This document shows positions 1 through 13,330 of a DNA stretch of 64,000 nt, in pieces (the stretch's first letter is position 1; every line of letters begins with the position of its first letter). The position numbers were made by a program, and so were the translations under genes. Source of the stretch: Eledone cirrhosa (lineage: Eukaryota); NCBI GenBank assembly GCA_964016885.1, contig OZ024757.1:39618001-39682000 (forward strand). Reading direction: 5' to 3'. The notes beneath the pieces were generated by a model. The model made no database searches and was not told the DNA's origin. It saw only the letters and a program-made list of their open reading frames with translations.

Positions 1-59
1 AAATAAACGACAGCAATCTCTTCGCGGCCAACCGCCATAGATTATTTACTCAATATATA

Positions 60-340
60 TATATGAAAAATGGCGTAGACATACAATACAACAGGAGGAA
101 ACATAATAGTACCACTGATGATGTTGCATATGTGCAACGAAAGAACTTTGATAGACTATGTATATATATATACATAATCTGTATTTTTAACCGATGGTCA
201 ATCAATGATAAACATTGATTGCCAAATAAATTAACTATGGAGATATAAAAGGTACAGAAGCGAAAACCAACGAAACAGTCAATGTGTTCTATTATTATTT
301 CTGGCAATATTATAACAATATGACCCATTATAACAATATC
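60..340 (+). mobile_element. Solo pseudo-LTR/3' end of the Penelope-like family seen at 47106-48503, containing a minimal hammerhead
   Basis: Aligns by eye with the reverse complement of ~47107-47405 (aaaaatggcgtagacatacaa...ctggcaatatta...atatgaccc..tataacaata). Confidence 0.8.
111..150 (+). ncRNA. Minimal type I hammerhead ribozyme motif
   Basis: CTGATGA (115-121), T, GTTGCA-tatg-TGCAAC stem II, GAAA (139-142), GAACTT; stem I only ~2 bp here. Confidence 0.6.
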
Positions 341-2069
341 ACCGTATTTTTTACTAAAGGAATTTTAGCCTGATAGTGGAGTTTAGAACCCTCTAAAGAA
401 TGAAAGAAGATGAGTATTGTTGTACATGGCAGTCAAACTCACATCTTTGGTTATCCTGACCACTGTGTTACCATTACACCAACACATCACCCATCTCTTT
501 GCAATCAAATTAGAAGGGGGGGTTGATTGTACAGGCCATAGTACTTGACTAAAGGATTGGATGAAAGGCAAATTTAACATCGGTGTGATTTCAGTTCAGA
601 ATATATATAAACAGAACAGAGGCAATCTGGTGTAGTCTTCGACTAATCCAGGGTCTGCTTCACTCCGGGCTGAGGAGGGTAAACTCTCCAAATATTGGTC
701 GCTCTTCTGCAGGCTTGCAGTCGAGCCTGTAATAGTAAATCTCTGGTGTCCTTGGCCCTAGTCCCTACTCCCTACCTACTCACCACCATCGGTACGGAAT
801 AGTGCTCTACCTCACTCAAATTCTCTAAAGACAAACAACCCACCGCCCTTTTCATTTAATTTATTAATAATATTTATATGTAAAGCGTATACAACCCATA
901 AATCTATCGGATACACACAGAAGACAGTTATAAACCTTATCGATTAAATAATAAAATTGAACTGAATATTCATTTGACCAGAATCAAATTATCACGGATA
1001 TTTTAACCTTAGAGGGACTTTGACTGCTTTGTCATAACTAATAGGGAAACGAATGAGATTTGAACACATAAATATTATGTTTAAAATTTAGATAAAGAAA
1101 AAAAAATTAGTTTATAATAACTTCCACAGAGTCCTACATATCATTTAATAATACTATTTACAAGTAAAATATATAAAACGCATAAATCTTTCGTATACAC
1201 TCAAAAGAGAGTTATAAACTTTGTCGATTAAATAATAAAATAAAATGAAATCAAGAGAAAAGAGTTTTGAAACTTCTAAAAGGAACCAGTAATGAAATAA
1301 GAGCTTCCATTGTCTGAATTAACAGCCAACAATAGAATAAGTGTCATTATTATTATTTATAGTCCTATATAAAATCTATTTCTAAGTTTAAATGAGATTT
1401 TGATTTTCATTAAGTACGAAAAGAATAATTTTATAAATCATTCAGAGAATCATTGTTGTCAACAATGCAGGAAAAGTAAACGGTGATATATTTTTCACCT
1501 TTTGTCCACTCTAAGAGTAAATTCAGGAAAAAAAAAAGATTAGATTTCAATCAAATTTGAACACCATAATCAATGTGTGTTAATAATGATTTCAAACTTT
1601 GGCAGAGAACCAGAAATTGTATAAAGGAGGCAAGCGTGTCGATACAAAAGCTCCCACATACTTGACTGGTACTTATTTTATCGACCCAAATGTTACACTA
1701 CAAAAGGGGTTGTCTTCAAACAGAATATAGAGAAAGGTAGTATACATTTTTAACCCGGTGCTTTGAACGTTCAGTTTCTCGTCACCCAACTTTGTGTGTA
1801 TAATAATAATTGTTTCTACTTTAGGCACAAGGCCAGTAATTTGAAGGGGTGGGGAAGTCGATTAAATCGACTCTAATGTTTGCTGGAAATTTATTTTATC
1901 GACCGCTTTGTGTGTATAAGCTCTATTCAAATATACAAATCAATATTAATGATAGAAGCTACACTACGTAAAATAGGTACAATGCCCAGTAGATCTATAT
2001 TCTTTAGGTTTTAGACATGTGCCCAACTTTCGTGTTTGTCTACATTTAAAGACTTCTATAGGCAACATT

Positions 2070-2211
2070 CTGTCAATCCTGTCGAAGTTAACTTTGCTTT
2101 TAAGCCTTAAGGGATCGATAAAATAAAATACTTGTAACGCACTGGGGTCTATTTAATCGACTTTCCCCTCCCCTAAAATTGTTGGCCTTGTGCCTAAATC
2201 AGAAACTATTA
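2070..2211 (+). mobile_element. SINE family 1, 5'-truncated
   Basis: gttaactttgc...gatcgataaaataaaatac...ggccttgtgcctaaatcagaaactattat matches the other copies. Confidence 0.75.
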
Positions 2212-2430
2212 TCTACTAATATATAATACCCTTGTGTTTTTGTCCGTCACAAAAGATGACTGACGAAAAAGGTGTGATAACGTTGACTGAGAAATGTTTG
2301 TATGTTTGTATCACTTTTGTGATTAAGCGTGAAAGAACGAACCAGCCAACAAACAAACAAACATCTCTTTTTTATATTATGCATACATATTACAATTAGC
2401 CGTTATTTTTGACGGCATGGGGCCAGCTAG
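2212..2430 (+). mobile_element. Non-autonomous Helitron
   Basis: A|TCTACTAATATATAA 5' end; subterminal hairpin gccgtta-tttt-tgacggc; ends CTAG|T at 2427-2430. Confidence 0.7.
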
Positions 2431-2706
2431 TATATATATATATATAATGGTAGAACTAGTGAAAACAGAGCCGTATATTTCGTGTACTAATGAACGAGAA
2501 GTAGTCACCATGAAACATACCATAGATGGCAGTGGAAAATTGGACAATTTCGGTTCCTGAGATTTCAAAAATCAATAGATAATTGTCTTGACATTTCATG
2601 AAAGAAAAAAAAATCAACATTTCGTATCTTATCGTCTTTCAGATTTTACTGAAATTTTAAACAGAAGTAATATATATAAATGTATATGTGTGTGTGTGTG
2701 CGCATC

Positions 2707-2737
<31 letters not shown>

Positions 2738-3085
2738 TGAATATATAACTAAATGTATATATATGCGTGTGTTTATGAGTGTAATTCTTGTGTAGACGCT
2801 ACCAGTAATGATGCAACAATGAGGATGTTGCCACATGTCTATTCTAACTAGAATATTCTACATGTGAAGAAGAAAAGAATACCATATTATTAATGAAGAG
2901 GTAATGTCTTTGAAGATTAGGTGGCGGCGGCGGAAAAGGGAAGCCACTCTTACTTTTTGTCAATTTTCAAAAATCGATAGTTAAATGTTGCGACATTTTC
3001 GTGAAGTAAAAGTCGAAGTTATGCAGGAATCTTTTATTTAAATTTTAACAGGTTGAATCAAACACCCTCCTCACACACGTACATA

Positions 3086-3127
<42 letters not shown>

Positions 3128-3140
3128 ATAAAAATACATA

Positions 3141-3192
<52 letters not shown>

Positions 3193-3310
3193 GTTATAAA
3201 CAGTCGAGACCCCAACGGCTGAGCTCTTGCCGTTACAACAGCTATTTTCAGACCCAAGTATCGAATAATCTGGTGAGTAATGGTCTAACTGATTTCAAAC
3301 TGAATCCATC

Positions 3311-3379
<69 letters not shown>

Positions 3380-3459
3380 GTATATGTATGCATATGAACA
3401 CACACACACACACACACACACGTACATACATACATATACATATACATATATATATATAG

Positions 3460-3655
3460 ACAGTCGATCGACATTTCGTCAAATCGGTCCGAGGAAACTA
3501 TGCTTCCATTGGTCTTTCCAATCTATCGGTCGCAAATCCAGATAGAATGAGCGTGAAATAAAGGGTCTTGCTTACGGACATAACCCATCATCCGGTTCGG
3601 GAATTGAACCCAGAACCTCATGGTTGCGAATCCATTTCTCTACTGAACCACATGC
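3460..3655 (-). mobile_element. SINE family 2 (tRNA-derived), 3' end abutting (TA)n
   Basis: Homologous to 22621-22832; B-box-like gggttcaattcc on the minus strand. Confidence 0.7.
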
Positions 3656-4662
3656 ATGTATATATATGCACACACGCACGTACACACTCGCACGTGCACA
3701 CACACACACACACACACATTTTTGTTTGCTCGCTCGCGTTTTTGCAAAATAGTGACTATAGATTAATTATATAGTAAATGAACAGTGTAGCTAAATCATT
3801 TGAGTTTATAATTATGATTTCTCATTTAGACAGAAATGCAGCAATTTTCGTGTAACGGGAAGTTGAATAAATCGAATCCAGTGATTGACTGGTGGTTTAT
3901 TGTAATCGATCCACGAATGATAAAAGGTAACATTGTCGTCAATCGGATTTGAACTGAGAATCAAAAGAGTCGGAACTAATGACGCAAATAGTGTATATTT
4001 TTCTCCGTTATTCTAATAATTTTGTCACACCAACTTTGAGGTACTACTGAAATATATTGGAGTGCAACTTGAAATATATGCTAACGGATATCTAATTAGG
4101 AAGGCTATATGCAAATAAACTATTCAAACGATAGGAAAATTGATTTATTGAATCCCGATTTATGATCGATATTTTGTGTGTGTGTGTCTATCTCTGGTTA
4201 CAAAAAAAAAACAAATAGAAATACAAAAAAGTATGTTTAATCGACGTGAAAATCCACTTGGTGTTATCAAAGAACTTTGTGGTATTGTCATCGCTGTGAT
4301 ATTGTTATGTTTTATGGAGAAAGTAGAATTATACATATTGATGTGGAGGGAGAGACAGAACCCTCTCCTAAATATGCTCTCTAAATCTCAGTCTACTCTT
4401 AAGTATTCATGTTGATACGCATGTTTTATCATATATATATTTTATATTTTATATTTGTTTTTTATTCTTATTTTCATACTTTTTTTCTCGGTTGATTCTT
4501 TTTTTTTTTTTTTTTTCTTTTTGTCATGCGAGTTTTTATCAATGGCGTGCGTGAGAAATATTTTATTGTCAAAGGTAGTTTAGCTGCTAATTATATACCG
4601 TGGCATGATATTTTGTTAATATATGCTTAAAACCTTTTATGTTTATTGTTTCTCAAGTGCCA

Positions 4663-4845
4663 ATAATTGTTTCTACTTTTGGCACAAGGCCAGCAATTAT
4701 TCCAGTGCATTACTGGTACTTTATTTTATCGACCCCGTAAGGATGAAAGGCAAAGTTAACCTCAGCGGGATTTGAACTCAGATCATAAAGAGCTATAACT
4801 CATTGCTGCAAAGCATGGCATCCGACGCTCTACTGATACTCGTAA
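4663..4845 (-). mobile_element. SINE family 1
   Basis: Near-identical to 13331-13510; B box GAGTTCAAATCC on the minus strand. Confidence 0.85.
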
Positions 4846-5049
4846 CGTACTTTCAGTCCTACGTTCAAATCCAACCAAGGTTGAATTTGCATATGTATCC
4901 CTCCATCGATGTAAAAATAAAGTAATTATCGAACGTTTGATTTAATTGATTAAAATTATTGGCAATTAAATTAGAATTACTGAAATGTTTACTGGCATTG
5001 TGCTCAAGTTAGGAATAATTATCATTATTGAAATTAGTATTATTCTTGC

Positions 5050-5390
5050 TAGGGTCAGGTTATAGGGTTAGAGTTGGGATTATGTTAAAATAGAAAGTTA
5101 GGGTTCGGTTAGTGTTGGATAAAAGTTATGATGCAGAGTTTGGTATATGGTTAGGATCGGGGATGGATTAGTTCTAGTGGTGGGATAGGGTTAGTGTTAG
5201 GTTTGTGGTTAGGGTATGGTATAGAGTATAGGTTTAAGGCAAAGTTAGGTTTAGCTTACGGTTGTGGCTTAGGGTTACTTTAATGATTAAAATTTAAGGT
5301 ATCGAGAATGGGGTTAGGGTTGGATTTTGTTTTAGTGTTATGGTAAGATTATGATTAGGGTTAGAGATAAGTTTAGGTTTAAGGTCAATG
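5050..5390 (+). repeat. Degenerate TTAGGG-like hexamer array
   Basis: Repeated gttagggtt/ggttagtgtt/gttaggttt units; strongly G/T-biased strand. Confidence 0.65.
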
Positions 5391-5675
5391 GTTGTTCTTA
5401 TAAAATTAGCAGATAAGCGACAACAAACCTGTTCTAGTGGTCCCGGAGCCTTACTCAGAAGCTGATCACAAATAAAATGTCTAACTCGTTTTCGTATATA
5501 ATGTAACGCCACAGCACTTTAAATATTTCCTTCCCAATTTGCAATAAAAATATCGAGCAATCAGCAATATTTATTACACTGTGTAGGGGATAAATAAATA
5601 TTTTCAATTTATATATGTAAACAGCCTCAGATAGTTTATCTAAAAATTGGTCATGATATAAACATTACACTCATC

Positions 5676-5785
<110 letters not shown>

Positions 5786-6063
5786 CATAATTATTGATTG
5801 TGAAACAAAGAGTATGTATATATAATAGTTAATTCCCAAGATATCTAGTTACATGAAGAAAATTGAATTTACTGAAATAACGCAGCCGGAAATAATGCCA
5901 TTAAAAACTGTCGAGAGACATGAAAAACGAAATCTTGATAAAGGAAGAAAGAGCAATTAGGTTGACCTGCTATTAAACAGAGTAGTTATGATAGTCATCA
6001 CAAGCTGTCAGCCTATACTCTCATATATATATATGTTATACATGTATATATTATATATATATT

Positions 6064-6094
<31 letters not shown>

Positions 6095-6292
6095 AATGTT
6101 TGTATATACTTATATGTATAAATTTATATAATGAAGGTGGGAGGGTGATGGGCTCCGGGCCGTGGGTGCGGTTGTATTGAACATATATAATATTGGGTAT
6201 GAAGCGAAGTTGTAGCTGTAGGTGGAATTGTTTGCGGCAGTCACAAACCATGCAATCGAGCGAGAAATTAATACATTATCGTCCAAAGTATA

Positions 6293-6840
6293 TCTATATA
6301 CTACTAAAAGTCTGTGATTGGTTGCTTGCTTGCTTGTCTGTAATGTAATATAGGATGTAAAAAGGGTGCATAATGGGAGAGGAGGCTGTCCCTGAAATGG
6401 GAATACAAATGGAATAAAACAAGTTTCGCCTAAATCGGACGGCGGGTTCCCGAGATATGGATTTGTTCCGGATACCTTCATAAACAAAGGAAGAGAAGGA
6501 TAGAGAGAAATAGAGGCATAAAGAGAGGAAGAGGAGGCAGAAGTAGAATGGAAGAGGCCTGGTGGTGTTGTTGTGTATATATATATATGTGTGCGTGTAG
6601 ATATATATGCATGTGTATATGTGTGTGTGTGTGTCTATGACAAGTGCATATAGATCAGACACCCACATGCATATATATATTCACATATATACATGTATAT
6701 ATAACAAAGGAATTGTGGTAAGGAACCAAATGGACCATGACGCACCAGAGTACTCAATACTTAGGGTAGTAGAGTGGGAAATGGGGAAAAAGTATGACCC
6801 CTACGGCAGAGCTCAAGCCGTTTCCAATTATATGTACATG

Positions 6841-6878
<38 letters not shown>

Positions 6879-7028
6879 TTTATATATATATACATACATA
6901 CACATTTCATTTCTAATTATATACATGTCTGTGTATATTTTAGTTATGTAAACATTATTTTTAAGTGAACACGATTCTTTAAAAGTATTTTGAAATGAAC
7001 GTGACCCAACGGGTCACGGGTGGTCTAG
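6293..7028 (+). mobile_element. Non-autonomous Helitron with nested microsatellites and a nested repeat (6702-6826)
   Basis: A|TCTATATACTACTAAAAG 5' end; perfect hairpin cgtgaccc-aac-gggtcacg followed by CTAG|T at 7025-7028. Pairing of the two ends is inferred. Confidence 0.65.
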
Positions 7029-9041
7029 TAATATATATATATGTGTGTGTGTGTGGTTACTGATAACGGGTGTTAGAAGCTAAGGAGACACAAACAAGAG
7101 ATGGACAGTCTCCCTTCGTCAGTAGTTTACTACGGATCACGGATGTTTCGGCGCATTATTATATATATATATATATATTTATGAGAGAGAGAGATAGATG
7201 GTGAGATGTGTTTTCTCGAGGATAAATACAACGAAGTGAAAAACGATTTAGGAAAACATGTTGAAATCAAAATGTTCTCATGTTTCGTTTCTATCAAAAT
7301 CGGTTTGTTTTCTTCTTCGTCCGTCCATTGTTGTTGTTGTCGAATAAGAAGAGATTTAAAATAACCATCTAGCGCTATTGACAACCACCAACCAATGTCT
7401 AGTAGTGAGACATTTCAGACTTAAACAGCTTAATTACTCGATTTGTATGTTAAATTAATTCGTGTTTTCCCAGCATTAATTTAACGGCTCTATAAACTAT
7501 TCTCATATTCATGTGATTTACAGTATTATTTAGAATTTTGTTTCCGTAAGGATTAACTCAATAAAGCAAACAAAATAAAATAAAATAGAAAGATAAAAAG
7601 TCTTAAATCTCTCTACATTAGATTTCCTCAATTAAAGTGATGATTTGTTTGATTTAAACTAGGTCTCCAGGTTAACTTTAAAGATTTGTGACACGTAATG
7701 ATGTATATATAAAATCCTCTGCGTCGTTTCTGACGACGAATGTTTCATTTCTTTCCTGAATTCTATACAGCATAGTCATTAAATCTGAAAGGAAATCGAA
7801 TGAATCTCCGTCCACTTCGACTTTTGGAAATACTCGCTTTGGATACATAGTGATGGTTTTGCCCCTAAAATATGTCCAGCATTACTTTCCTATGATTTTT
7901 TATTTTTATTTTATCAATATCAGATATATATATATAATATAGAGATGGCTTCTACAGGACTAGAACTGTTTCATTCGGGAGAAATTATGTGCGTGTCTTT
8001 GTGTGTGTGTATCCTGGGTTCAATCGGGAGTAACCATAGTAATATGAGAAAAGCACTCGACGTTATGGTACTCATCCATCTTTGATGTTGAATCATACTG
8101 GTGGTGCGGGAACGGAGTAATTGTATTATATTGCAGAAATAAATAATTAAAAATATTAAATCATATTTGGCCTCCTATAATTTTAATCTATTATATATAT
8201 ATATATATATATATCATCATCATCATCATCATCATTTTACGTCCGCTTTTCCCTGCTTGCAAATATATATATATTATAGATTAAAATGATAGGAGGCTAA
8301 ATATGTTGAATTTCCTTAATTATTTATATATATTTCATATTTAAACTCATCTAATTGTATGGCTTACTAGTCTAACAACCTATATTCATTGAACATACTA
8401 ACCTTCTCTATACTAGCTAATAATCTGCATAACTAATCACTTTTCACCCCTCTTGATTAGCTCATTGGCTTTGTACCTTATATATATATATATATGTGTG
8501 TATGTGTGTGTGTGTGTGTGTGTATGCAAATACGACCGTTAGTTTCCTGAACTTTGACCTAGATGCAACATAAATTATCAGATTAAATCGAATAATAACC
8601 GCGTCCGCTAATATATATGTATTTATTGTTGGTCTCGTTAAATATCGAAACCTCTTTTCATGTTCTAATTGTATATATCATTATATTTGTGATACTAGAA
8701 TCGATATTACATAATAGATTACTAGCATTCTTTTTATATAAATGTTATAGTAGGATGTGCATAGTCTCATTTAAACCCGACAGCTGCTTTTCTTCTTCTT
8801 TTCTATCTAGTCTGGTATTGTCATTAAAGACTCTATAATATAGAGAAATCGAGGAGACTATTACATAAACTTATTACAGTCATATCTGGACAATTGTCGT
8901 TTATTATGTCTTCGTATTTAACTCTTTATTAATGTCGTGCAGTTCGTCTATATTATTGCTTCGCTACATCTCCATTTGTGTTTCTCATGTATTGTGTCTA
9001 GCATATTGATTAATAAATATTTTATAAGTTATTCTATAGTT

Positions 9042-9177
9042 ACGTCCCTTTACGATCTGAGTTCAAATTCCGCCGAGGTTGACTTTGCATTTCATCCTTA
9101 CGGGGTCGATAAAATAAAGTACCAGTAATGTACTGGGTAATTTTCTGGCCTTGTACCTGAAGTAGAAACAATTATTA
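9042..9177 (+). mobile_element. SINE family 1
   Basis: ctgagttcaaattccgccgaggttgactttgcatttcatccttacggggtcgataaaataaagtaccag. Confidence 0.85.
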
Positions 9178-9280
9178 CTGCACTTAATACGCCTGTCTCA
9201 TTCCCTTGCAAGCTATTCCTACTTTCAATTGGTCTCGATTCTTTTCTATTCTGCTCATTGGTGATGTTATGATATATATA

Positions 9281-9311
<31 letters not shown>

Positions 9312-9826
9312 GTAAATATGTATATATATATATATATGTGTGTGTGAATGAAGTAGATAATTATTTCATTTGCCAGTGGTTTCTTGAAGGTAGATGTTAT
9401 ATCTGTCTTCAGTCGTAAGAATGAAATAACATCGTGTTTTTATTAAATATGGATTTGAAAACAAAATTTAGGAAATATGAAAGTGAGGCTGAAAAAACGG
9501 GCAAAAAAAAAATAGGGGAAAAAATATATAAATAAATATCCAGAACATAAACACACACACGCGCATATACGTAATAGTACGTAGACGGATACTTTCTCAC
9601 ATAAGCGTATTTGCGTCTACATAGAAATACGAACAGGAACATAAATACATACACAAATATATACACAGATATATATGCACTCAAATATGTACACACAAAT
9701 ACACACACACACATATAAAAGGGGGGGGGGTGTATACACACATAAATACATACAAACATACAAACACAAAAACAAAAAGCCCTATACATACGCGCACGTG
9801 TATATACACATACACACACATTAATA

Positions 9827-9864
<38 letters not shown>

Positions 9865-9934
9865 GTAAACATACATACTCATACACACATATATACATGC
9901 ATACACACACACGTACATATATACACATATATAT

Positions 9935-9965
<31 letters not shown>

Positions 9966-10066
9966 CACATTTATTCCCTCCACCTCACATATACACACAA
10001 ACCTTTCGTTGTCAACACGCCCCTTTTTGACTTTATTTTGATTTTGATTTTCTTATATATATATAT

Positions 10067-10318
10067 ACACAATATATTAATAAATGGAAACTATATTTAT
10101 AAAGCCATAATTATTTTATTATATATATTTCAAGGGCAACCAAGGCAAATTTTGGTGCGCTTTCATCAGATAAAATACAAATTTGTTTTATAAATAATGA
10201 CATACCCGCATAAAGACAACCTTAACGGTTGAGGTTCGCTGCATAGTGAGTGCTTCATATCAGTTATAAAAATGTTTAAGCTTGTTCAATCCCAACAAAT
10301 TAAATATAACTTCTGCAT
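10067..10318 (-). mobile_element. HHR mini-element family A, monomer
   Basis: Reverse complement matches 58552-58805 and the arms of 10581-10850. Intact hammerhead at 10112-10177 (-). TA-flanked. Confidence 0.8.
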
Positions 10319-10415
10319 ATATATATATATATATATATTGAATTTTGTATACTTATTTATTTATTTATTTATGCTTCTAAACTACTTCCCAATGGTTCGC
10401 ACATATTGATATGTG

Positions 10416-10511
<96 letters not shown>

Positions 10512-10580
10512 TGTGTGTGTGTGTATATATATATATATATGTGTGTGTATGAGTATATATATATATACAATGATATTAAG

Positions 10581-10850
10581 ATTTATTTTATTATATATAT
10601 TTCAAGGGTAACCAAGACAATATTGGTACGCTTTCATCAGAAAAAATACGAAGTTTGTTGTGTAAATAGAGGCATACCCATGAAAATCATACTTTATCGG
10701 TTGGAAATTCACTATCCAGTGAATTTCCAACCGATAAGGTATGATTTTCATGGGTATGCCTCTATTTATACAACATACTTCGTATTTTATCTGATGAAAG
10801 CGTACCAATGTTGTCTTGGTTTCCCTTGAAATATATATAATAAAATAAAT
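10581..10850. mobile_element. Fold-back palindrome of HHR family A (one hammerhead per strand)
   Basis: ~133 bp near-perfect inverted arms around loop atcc (10714-10717). Confidence 0.9.
10783..10847 (+). ncRNA. Type I hammerhead ribozyme
   Basis: Stem I TATTTTAT/ATAAAATA; CTGATGA 10791-10797; stem II AAG..ACCAA/TTGGT..CTT; GAAA 10828-10831; palindromic stem III ATATATAT; AUA cleavage triplet. Confidence 0.85.
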
Positions 10851-10974
10851 ATGGTTTTATAAATATAGTTTCCATTTATTTAATATCATTGAATATTTAC
10901 CACAGTTGAGTGCTCCAAATCAGTTATAAACATTTATATTTGTCGGACTTCCAACAAAGTAAATACCACTTCTA

Positions 10975-11007
<33 letters not shown>

Positions 11008-11012
<5 letters not shown>

Positions 11013-11242
11013 CTGCCATGTCCTGCGTCTCCAACAGACCAGTGTCTGTCCTTAGGGCATCAACATACGTTAACCTTGGTCTGCCTCTTCCAGTGTGCCC
11101 ATGTAGAGACTCCCACAGGAGCACTGAGTGCAATGTCAACTCTGGATGTCGGTGAGCATGTCCAGCTAACCTCAGTCTCCTCTGTGTCACTTTTGAGCTG
11201 ACTTTTGGGAGGCTCCCATACAGCTCTGAGTTTTTCATCCTC
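11008..11242 (-). mobile_element. RTE-clade LINE C-terminal fragment between (TA)n tracts
   Basis: Translation YGSLPKVSSKVTQRRLRLAGHAHRHPE...GRGRPRLTYVDALRTDTG; nearly identical to 49175-49405. Confidence 0.85.
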
Positions 11243-11248
11243 ACTTTC

Positions 11249-11300
<52 letters not shown>

Positions 11301-11468
11301 GAAAGTGAGGTTTTTTTTACAAAATGAAAAATAACCGGTGTCCTACACGAATGAAAGTATAAAGAAAAAAAGATGAAATCGAAAATGCAACTGCAGTCTT
11401 ATTTTAAAAAATATATATATTTTTTTTTAAATAAGACTCCAGTTGCATTTTCGATTTCATTTTTTTTT

Positions 11469-11513
<45 letters not shown>

Positions 11514-12135
11514 TATATAGATACATAGATATGTATGAAATGTGAGTATGCATCTATGTATGTGCGTGTGTGTTTGCGTACATGTAGGTGTATGCATGTA
11601 TAGCACATACTTGTTAATAATTGTTTTTTTTTATTATTATTATCATATTTAATTTTATCTTGCGATTGTTAAACAAGAAATTAATTTATTATCCCCTCTT
11701 AGTATCATACTCTAGCACGATCATCTTTCAAATGCTCATATTATTCAATTTTCCATACACATCTGTCAGGCACAACTTGCTTTCATTCATATCTAACTTT
11801 CTCTCCATTATAAACATTTAAATGCGAGGCCGATCATGTAAGCTAGATTCTAATAAATATTGAAGATATCGTTAAAGTCTCTAAGGAATTGCTTCTATAT
11901 TTAGTTAGCAAATTAATCCGGCAAAGCACACACGAAAAGTGTAGACAGACTAAATTAAATAAATTAGTTTATGATTAATGACATATTTAAAATCTGAATT
12001 TCTGTGCTGTTTGGTATAGCATAGATAACATTGTAATCGGATGATTACAGGCCTCTAGATGACGTATTTTTGTGAGATTGATGTATATACTTCTATACAC
12101 ACATACACACACGTCTATGTATGTGTGTGTGTATT

Positions 12136-12178
<43 letters not shown>

Positions 12179-12225
12179 GGGATCATATAATTTTCAATTA
12201 TATGTATAATAGATAGATAGAAACT

Positions 12226-12292
<67 letters not shown>

Positions 12293-12477
12293 ATGTATTC
12301 CAAAGTTTTTATACGTAATATAACACGAATTTACACACTTTCTTCTATCTTGAATTTTGCGATCTTTCTTAAACCTAAAATCTCCTGAAAAATGGAGATT
12401 AGGTTAAAATAACCGTAATCAAATATATAATACTAATACTATTACTAATACTAGTTGTGCTTCTGCTGCTAATAATA

Positions 12478-12640
12478 ATAATAATAATAATTGTTTCTAC
12501 TTTTGGCACAAGGCTAGCAATTACCCAGTGTATTACTGGTACTTTATTTTATCGCCCATGTAAGGATGAAAGGCAAAGTTAACCTCGGCGGGATTTGAAC
12601 TCAGAATGGCAAGGGCCGTAACTCTATGCGTCAAAGCAAT
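12478..12640 (-). mobile_element. SINE family 1
   Basis: Same sequence as 13331-13510, with (AAT)n at the 3' end. Confidence 0.85.
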
Positions 12641-12647
12641 ATCTTCA

Positions 12648-12681
<34 letters not shown>

Positions 12682-13330
12682 GCAATAAAGACTAAAGCGA
12701 ATACTAAAATTAAACATACTTGTTTTTGTCATATCACGTATATCTTAAATTAATATACATGCATAGAAACCTATATATCCGTGTGTGTGTGTGTTTTTTT
12801 TTTAATAGTTTTTCAGATACATGAAGAGTGTAGGTGAAAATCTAACAAGAATGTCCTTGGGCATGACGTTATAGATATCATTGAATTTAATAATGATTTA
12901 TAGTCTTAAGAAATGATCGCAAATTAAATTGCTCAGTTTTCCCTGTTCAGTGTCGGTTCCTTTTCTGTACTAGCCTATTAAATTATATTTTTATTCTTAC
13001 ACACACGCTCACGTACACACACACACATACATACACACGCACACACACATATATATAAACATATAAATTTGTTTAAAGAATATAATTTACATATTTATAT
13101 ATACATATATATATGTCTAAAAAATATAATTTATATATATATGTATATATATGTATAAAAATATAAAAATATGACTAAAAAATATAATTTATATATATAT
13201 ATATATATATGGCTAAAAATGTAATTTATATATGTATAAATATACATATATATATATGTATGTATATTTGATCATCAAATGAGTAGAAAGGGAGAAAACC
13301 AAACGAAAAAAAGACCGCATATGAAATAAT

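Noticed and set aside
340-830. Possible LINE 5' UTR or HDV-like ribozyme region
   Set aside because: Only a weak motif resemblance (gaggagggtaaactct); could not build the nested pseudoknot by eye.
7726-7800. CTGACGA...GAAA possible hammerhead
   Set aside because: Could not form convincing stems I-III.
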